Of a DNA stretch of 64,000 nucleotides, positions 58,323-64,000 are shown piece after piece. Source of the DNA: Candidatus Azotimanducaceae bacterium (GTDB taxonomy: Bacteria > Pseudomonadota > Gammaproteobacteria > Pseudomonadales > Azotimanducaceae); the NCBI GenBank assembly GCA_965216005.1, contig OZ244143.1:4103947-4167946 (forward strand), read 5' to 3'. The notes beneath the pieces were generated by a model, which did not search any database, was not told where the DNA came from, and saw only the letters and a list, made by a program, of their open reading frames with translations. Every line of letters begins with the position of its first letter. The stretch's first letter is position 1. A program made the position numbers and the translations under genes.

Positions 58323-59528
58323 GTGAGCCCACCGAAGGCTGCCGTAGACTCATCACTACTGCAGTCGTGGCGACCGATTCGCGGCCCGTTCCAACGCTGG
58401 CCTCGCACTACGGACATCGGTCTGGCCATGGCTGTGTTTATCCTGACGCTTGGGATGTGGTATGCGCCGACCATGGAGAGCGAGCTCGAAAGGCCTCTGC
58501 CGCCTGTCGCGTTTTTGTTGTTCTTGTCGGGTAGCGCCGTGCTCGTCATGCGTCGCGCTCAGCCAGACGTGGTACATGCGATGGTTATTCTGGCTTCGGC
58601 GGTGTCGATGTTCGCAGGATATGTAGAAGCGCCCCTTGCGGCCATGATGGTGTCTCTATATAGCTTAGGCCGGTACTCTGCGAGCGACGTGAATAGCTAC
58701 ATCGGCATGGGTGCGGCAATTGGGTTGCTTGCGATCAGTCGATTCGTCGTCGGGGGGGCTGCTTCGGGAAGTGGTTTTGGGCTCTTGGTTGCCTTCGTGC
58801 TGTGGTACGTCGGACGACGCTTGCGGGTGCGCGGTGAATACCTCAGGCTGTTGGAGGAACGAGCCGCACAACTTGAACGAGAACAGCTGGCTGAAGCCGA
58901 CAAAGCGGTTGCCGAGGAGCGAACACGGATAGCCCGCGAGCTGCATGACATCGTTGCACACCAGGTGAGCTTGATGACTGTACAGGCGGGCGCCGCCAAG
59001 ACCGTTGCTCACAAAGATCCCCAGTCAGCGGTACGTGCCATGGGCTCGGTAGAAGTTGCCGGTCGCCAGGCGCTAAACGACTTGAGACATTTACTGGGTG
59101 TGCTACGTGCAGACACTGACAATGAAGGCCTTGGTCCGCAACCGGGGATACGAGACATTCAAAACCTGGTTGATGAGGTGGAACAAACCGGCCGTCACGT
59201 ATCGTTTTCCTTGGAATGCGACACTGTGCTTCCCGCACGCGTCGATCTATCCGTATACCGTATCGTACAGGAAGCGTTGACCAACGTGTTAAAGCATGCG
59301 GGAGCGGTGGCGAGCGTCGACGTGATCGTTCGCGGTAATGCGCGTGGGGTGAGTATCGAGGTCACTGACGATGGATCCGCCCAAAGCCGCGAGCGCGGCT
59401 CCGGGTTTGGCATTTCCGGAATGCGCGAACGAGCGCACCTGCTTGGAGGCTGGTTGGAAGCTGGGCCGAAACCGGGTGATGGATTCTCAGTGACGGCGTA
59501 CTTACCTGCCTCTGGTGCCAGCATATGA
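58323..59528 (+). CDS. Sensor histidine kinase (HisKA_3, NarL-type pair)
   Basis: ERTRIARELHD H-box, EALTNV.KHA, DDG, G.G.SGMRER. Confidence 0.93.
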   Translation: MSPPKAAVDSSLLQSWRPIRGPFQRWPRTTDIGLAMAVFILTLGMWYAPTMESELERPLPPVAFLLFLSGSAVLVMRRAQPDVVHAMVILASAVSMFAGYVEAPLAAMMVSLYSLGRYSASDVNSYIGMGAAIGLLAISRFVVGGAASGSGFGLLVAFVLWYVGRRLRVRGEYLRLLEERAAQLEREQLAEADKAVAEERTRIARELHDIVAHQVSLMTVQAGAAKTVAHKDPQSAVRAMGSVEVAGRQALNDLRHLLGVLRADTDNEGLGPQPGIRDIQNLVDEVEQTGRHVSFSLECDTVLPARVDLSVYRIVQEALTNVLKHAGAVASVDVIVRGNARGVSIEVTDDGSAQSRERGSGFGISGMRERAHLLGGWLEAGPKPGDGFSVTAYLPASGASI

Positions 59529-60202
59529 GCGTGCGCGTTGCGGTTGTCGATGATCAGGCGCTGGTGCGCGGTGGTTTTGCGATGGTGCTCAATCATCAAG
59601 AAGACATCGAAGTTGTCGCTGAGGCTGGCAACGGTGAAGAAGCGGTAGAAGTGGCGCGAATGTATCGACCGGACGTCATTCTCATGGATATACGCATGCC
59701 GACAATGGACGGTTTCGAGGCAACCACTCAGATCGTGGCGGAAGCGGATTGGCCGGTACGTGTACTCATTTTGACGACATTCGATCCGGACGAGTACGTT
59801 TACAAAGCGCTGCGCGCCGGCGCGAGCGGGTTTGTGCTCAAGGATATTCCTCCAGAAGAACTCATTTCTGCCGTACGAGCAGTGGCGGAGGGCGGTGCGT
59901 TGCTTGCCCCCTCCGTGACCCGGCGACTGATTGGGCGATTCGCAAAACAGCTCTCTATCGACACCAAGATGGCAGATCGGATCGATCGTTTGACTGAACG
60001 CGAAAGGGAAGTACTTGTGGAGATGGCTCACGGGCTCAACAACGCCGAGATTTCCGAGACCCTGCGGATCGGCGCCGCCACGGTCAAATCCCATGTCTCC
60101 AGCGTGCTGAATAAACTGGGTTTGCGCGATAGAGCCCAAGCGGTGGTCTTCGCCTACGAGAGTGGTCTCGTCGAAGCAGGAGACCGCAACATCGGCAGAT
60201 AG
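59525..60202 (+). CDS. NarL/LuxR-family response regulator
   Basis: VVDD, MDIRMP, LTTFD, GFVLKD, LTEREREV HTH. Confidence 0.95.
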   Translation: MSVRVAVVDDQALVRGGFAMVLNHQEDIEVVAEAGNGEEAVEVARMYRPDVILMDIRMPTMDGFEATTQIVAEADWPVRVLILTTFDPDEYVYKALRAGASGFVLKDIPPEELISAVRAVAEGGALLAPSVTRRLIGRFAKQLSIDTKMADRIDRLTEREREVLVEMAHGLNNAEISETLRIGAATVKSHVSSVLNKLGLRDRAQAVVFAYESGLVEAGDRNIGR

Positions 60203-60349
60203 CCGATCTGCAGATCCACACGGCGTCTAATCCTCACGACAGCGATTGTTTTTCGCTTCCGCGAACGTCCAACGTACACGAATGGCCCAAGCCATCATCG
60301 ACCCTATGGGTCGTAACGAAGAGAAACCTGGAAAATAAGGGGGTATTCC

Positions 60350-61195
60350 ATGCAGCCGATTCGTATAGCCTTAGCCGCCACTGGCATCCTAGCCGCATCC
60401 GTCGCGCATGCGGCACACATTGACGTCTCAGAGCACTTTTTACCGAGTTTCGACGATGCCGTCTTTACCGGTGCGCCACCGACAAACACCTTTTTTCCGA
60501 TGATCGATTCGACCACCTACCTCTACTCGGGTTCCTTCTTCGACGAGGAGGAGGGCGAAGACGTCACGGAGAGTTTTGAGTTGACGAACCTCTCGACAGG
60601 TCCCGTCATCGGCGGCGTACAAACTTTTGCGCAACGCGATAGAGCGTTTGAAGATGATCTCATCGTCGAAGAAACGTTCGACTACTACGCGCAAGATACC
60701 GATGGGAACGTGTGGTACTTCGGGGAAGACGTCGTCAACTTCGAATATGACGACGATGACAATCTCATTGGCACCAACAACGAAAGCGCCTGGCTGGCCT
60801 TCGAGGACGAGGCGTTGCCCGGGCTCATCATGCCGAACGCACCGACCGTTGGGTTCAACTACTGGCAGGAATTCGCCGAAGCCAACGAGGCGCTCGATTT
60901 CGCCACCATATGGGCGATGGATCTCGTGATTGACCTGGATATCGGAGCGTTCATTGGTGTGTTGCAAATCCTCGAAGGCAACGTGTTGGAGCCGGATTCC
61001 CGCGAGTTTAAGTACTACGCCCCCGGGTTCGGTCTCATATTGGTCGAAGAGGCACTCGATGAAAATTTCATGAATCCTGAACTCATCGTTGCGTTGCAGG
61101 GACCGACGTCGGTCCCCGAACCGGGCTCGTTATCGTTGCTGGGAATGGGTCTCGGTGCCATTGTCTGGATGCGGCGACGGGTGGCCAAGCGTTGA
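60350..61195 (+). CDS. PEP-CTERM sorting-domain protein
   Basis: Signal peptide and C-terminal VPEPGSLSLLGMGLGAIVWMRRR. Confidence 0.92.
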   Translation: MQPIRIALAATGILAASVAHAAHIDVSEHFLPSFDDAVFTGAPPTNTFFPMIDSTTYLYSGSFFDEEEGEDVTESFELTNLSTGPVIGGVQTFAQRDRAFEDDLIVEETFDYYAQDTDGNVWYFGEDVVNFEYDDDDNLIGTNNESAWLAFEDEALPGLIMPNAPTVGFNYWQEFAEANEALDFATIWAMDLVIDLDIGAFIGVLQILEGNVLEPDSREFKYYAPGFGLILVEEALDENFMNPELIVALQGPTSVPEPGSLSLLGMGLGAIVWMRRRVAKR

Positions 61196-61426
61196 CGGCA
61201 GGTCGACTTAGGTCCGCCATCTTTCGTAGCTAAGCGCGAGATGACCTCGAGTTAGCGCATTCGCCTAATACACGCCCGAACGACTGACGCGCCGGTCGGA
61301 AAGGACCGGCACGTCGTCAGAGTTCACAACAATACTAGGCTGTAAGCACTTGCGACCGGCTCGATTGATTTCCGTGCCGGCCATCGTCTAACCGTCAACG
61401 CCCGCTGGCTTTGATGGAGCTACGAT

Positions 61427-62317
61427 GTGTCGCTGTTTTCGGTCGTCATTCCGACTTACAACGATGTTGATTATTTAGAGCGTAGTATCGGGTCGGTCCT
61501 CGGGCAGTCGTGTAATGATTGGTCCCTCATCGTCATAGACGATGGTTCGACCGATGCCACGAGCGAGCTGTTGCTCGAGTACGAGCGCCAGGACAGTCGC
61601 ATCAGCAGTCAGTATCAGGACAACAGCGGCGTGAGCAGTGCACGTAATCTGGGCGTCCACCTGGCCGAGTCCGCATTCGTCGTGTTTCTCGATGCGGACG
61701 ATGAATTGGACGGGCGTTGTCTGGAACAATATGCCGCCGCGATATCGGAACGTCATGACACGCAGTGGTTGATTGGCGCCAGTCAATGGGAGCGAGACGG
61801 TTTGGTACGCGCTCGAGGTGTCAACTTACCAGCAACACGCGAACAACGCTTCGTGCAGTTTCTGAACAAAGATCTTCACCTCGGTAATGTCTCAAACATG
61901 TGTTTTGCAAGAGAGCGGTTGCTTAAAGTGCCGTTCCCGGAAGACATGCGCTTTAGTGAAGATGCGGTGGTCATCGCCATTCTCCTGGCAACGGTCGATC
62001 CGGTCATGGTGCCCGGAGTTACCGCTACCGCGCATCGCCGCGACGATAGTTTACGCACCCGTGCAAGCTTGCAGGAGCTGATGATGTCGCCGTTGTACGA
62101 ACGGGTATTCGACCATCCCCTTTTACCGCAGCCGTTCGAACAGTACGAGCACCTGCTGCGGGCACGGCATTGCCGGTCCATCGCCAAGCGAGCCTACAAG
62201 GAAGGGGAATATGAGGTGGCGCGGGGTATGTTTCGCGAGATGTTGCAAGCGAATCCCAAGGCGCTGCTCGACTTCAACCTAATCTACAAGTTTGTCGTAA
62301 GCCTCGTCCGAGCCTAA
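61427..62317 (+). CDS. GT2 glycosyltransferase
   Basis: SVVIPTYN, DDGSTD, ARNLG, FLDADD. Confidence 0.92.
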   Translation: MSLFSVVIPTYNDVDYLERSIGSVLGQSCNDWSLIVIDDGSTDATSELLLEYERQDSRISSQYQDNSGVSSARNLGVHLAESAFVVFLDADDELDGRCLEQYAAAISERHDTQWLIGASQWERDGLVRARGVNLPATREQRFVQFLNKDLHLGNVSNMCFARERLLKVPFPEDMRFSEDAVVIAILLATVDPVMVPGVTATAHRRDDSLRTRASLQELMMSPLYERVFDHPLLPQPFEQYEHLLRARHCRSIAKRAYKEGEYEVARGMFREMLQANPKALLDFNLIYKFVVSLVRA

Positions 62318-63067
62318 CCGTTCAACCTGTGGTAGGGCGGCGGCGGATGTCATCACGCAATCGAACTCGACGACGTGCCCGGTTTGGCGGTGCCGATTGA
62401 CGGTATAGAGACCGGTCACGGAGTAGCCTTGCGATCGATACAGTGCCAGCGATTCCATGAAATCGGGCACGCCTTGATAAATCGGCGTGACCGCGATCTC
62501 CGATTGCAACAAAGCAAAGTCTCGTGCAAAGGGACCCGCACCTGCGAATACCTCGTGATCATGTCCCTGCGTGTCCATCTTGAGTAACACCTTAAGCTCA
62601 GGGAAGTGCGGAATGTGTTCCGTCAAAAAGGCATCCAACCTTTGTACGTCGACCGTTTCGGTACTGGCGCGGGACATACTCTCGCCGTATTTGTGCGTTC
62701 CGAATTCGCTGGGTTCGTAGACCGATGAAAACTCGCTGGAGGGCGAAATGTTCAGTTTCAGCTCACCGTCCGCGCTGCCCAGTGCCAAGCGGTGGACCTC
62801 CCATAGGGGATCCTCACACGCGGCTCGCGTCAATTCGGCGAACGCAGCGGAACCGGGTTCGAGGGAGACGATGCGTCCCTCGAAGCCAATGTAGCGCAGC
62901 ATCTGCGCGTATTGGCCTTTATTGGCGCCGACGTCGATGACGAGATCGATGTGCAGTCGGGGCATGAGCTCCCGCAGATGGGTCTCCAACGTCACCTGTT
63001 GATTGAATTTGACGAGATCGTAGCCCAGTTTGTGTGCAAGGCGGCGGTACCAACGGACTTTATGCAT
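62279..63067 (-). CDS. FkbM-family methyltransferase
   Basis: DVGANKGQY, SLEP, LKMDTQGHD. Confidence 0.92.
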   Translation of the reverse strand: MHKVRWYRRLAHKLGYDLVKFNQQVTLETHLRELMPRLHIDLVIDVGANKGQYAQMLRYIGFEGRIVSLEPGSAAFAELTRAACEDPLWEVHRLALGSADGELKLNISPSSEFSSVYEPSEFGTHKYGESMSRASTETVDVQRLDAFLTEHIPHFPELKVLLKMDTQGHDHEVFAGAGPFARDFALLQSEIAVTPIYQGVPDFMESLALYRSQGYSVTGLYTVNRHRQTGHVVEFDCVMTSAAALPQVERLGSDEAYDKLVD

Positions 63068-63102
63068 CGCGGCGTGTGTTGATGATTTGCGATCGTGGGT
63101 GA

Positions 63103-64000
63103 CTAAAACGACCAGCGCACGCCGATCGAAGGGACCAGCGGCATCAGTGTCTCATCGCTTGGATCGAGTTCGAATCCGCCTTCCTCGGTCTCCTCGATGT
63201 CGTATTCGATACCGCCGACATTGTGGCGATTGAGGGCGTTCGTCAACTCCAGAAACGCAGTGAACGATTGGGTCCGCGTTTCCCAGGTTCTGGAGATCTG
63301 CAGATCCAGCGAAAAGTAGTCACGGAGCCGGTGTTTGTTGCGTGCAAGGGAAAGCACCGCTCCGGCCTCGACCTCACTCGGCAGACGGGTGGTCCGCCAG
63401 CCGTCGTGCCAGGAGATGCTCGTGCTGAACTGCCAACCTCCGCGGATCCAAACGCCGCCCGCGGTCATGCTGTTGCCTTGATCCCACACCCGTGGTTCCC
63501 AGCGACCCGCAACGCGATCCTCGACGTCGGATTCGGTCAGCGTCAACCAGGCGCTGAAATCGTCATTGGGCTCGTAGCGCAACGTGACTTCGATACCTTG
63601 CGCCCGGGCCTTGGCCGGTGTGACTTCGAAGCGGTCCGAAGCGAGTTCAGGGAGTAGAACGATGGGATTGAGGACGTTTTCGAAACGCCGCTTTGGATTG
63701 TGAAAGCTCTTTGAAAAGAGTTCCACACGTAGACTGAAGCCGCTGTCGGCGAAGGTTTGATACCAACCGGCGATCAAGTGATCCGCGCGCTGCTCGCGCT
63801 GGAACCGATTCAGGCCGTCTTCCAGTTGCAACTCGTTGATACCCTGTGGCTGAAAAAACCTTCCAGCGGATAAACGTAACTCCGTCGATTCGAACGGATC
63901 GTACTTGAGGCTGACGCGGGGACTGAATTGTCGCGCTGAGCGCTGGGCGTAGTCTTGAAAGTCCCAACGCATCCCCAGTTCCACCGATACTTTGTCGGTG
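63103..64000 (-). CDS. TonB-dependent receptor, C-terminal barrel (runs off the window end)
   Basis: Beta-barrel strands, SPRVSL, C-terminal GVRWSF. Confidence 0.85.
   Translation of the reverse strand, partial: TDKVSVELGMRWDFQDYAQRSARQFSPRVSLKYDPFESTELRLSAGRFFQPQGINELQLEDGLNRFQREQRADHLIAGWYQTFADSGFSLRVELFSKSFHNPKRRFENVLNPIVLLPELASDRFEVTPAKARAQGIEVTLRYEPNDDFSAWLTLTESDVEDRVAGRWEPRVWDQGNSMTAGGVWIRGGWQFSTSISWHDGWRTTRLPSEVEAGAVLSLARNKHRLRDYFSLDLQISRTWETRTQSFTAFLELTNALNRHNVGGIEYDIEETEEGGFELDPSDETLMPLVPSIGVRWSF

Noticed and set aside
62279-62317. 39-bp convergent overlap of GT2 and FkbM as a regulatory feature
   Set aside because: Short tail-to-tail overlaps are common (also 30026-30036); no additional signal.

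Overview
This 64-kb bacterial window is probably from a Gammaproteobacterium (inferred from tRNA-Glu, prc, pdxH and the TonB receptors). The left half (1-30.7 kb) is mostly housekeeping and accessory metabolism: GST, SDRs, sulfatase, SLC13 permease, MscS, an atypical stand-alone thrS, prc, FKBP, a Qnr-like pentapeptide protein, a TylF methyltransferase, MFS, pdxH, thiolase, a TonB receptor, ECH, NUDIX, LLM, GNAT, GDPD and DUF proteins. At 31.15 kb a tRNA-Glu(TTC) is preceded by an HNH nuclease remnant and followed by two near-identical 152-bp hairpin-rich units, each bounded by a copy of the tRNA 3' end, then a HipA/HTH toxin-antitoxin pair. The right half is a mosaic of oxidative-catabolism genes (two Rieske oxygenases, P450, ferredoxin, amidohydrolases, esterase, LLM) interleaved with pieces of a surface-glycan locus. 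The clearest unexplained structure is a 3.6-kb, recombinase-free glycan cassette (sulfotransferase, flippase, methyltransferase, truncated glycosyltransferase). It is bracketed by a 45-bp direct repeat that is the 3' end of the ferredoxin gene, and its excision would restore a compact Rieske/ferredoxin/P450 cluster. No integrase, transposase or CRISPR-Cas system was seen. Product calls come from motif recognition only; no database searches were run.
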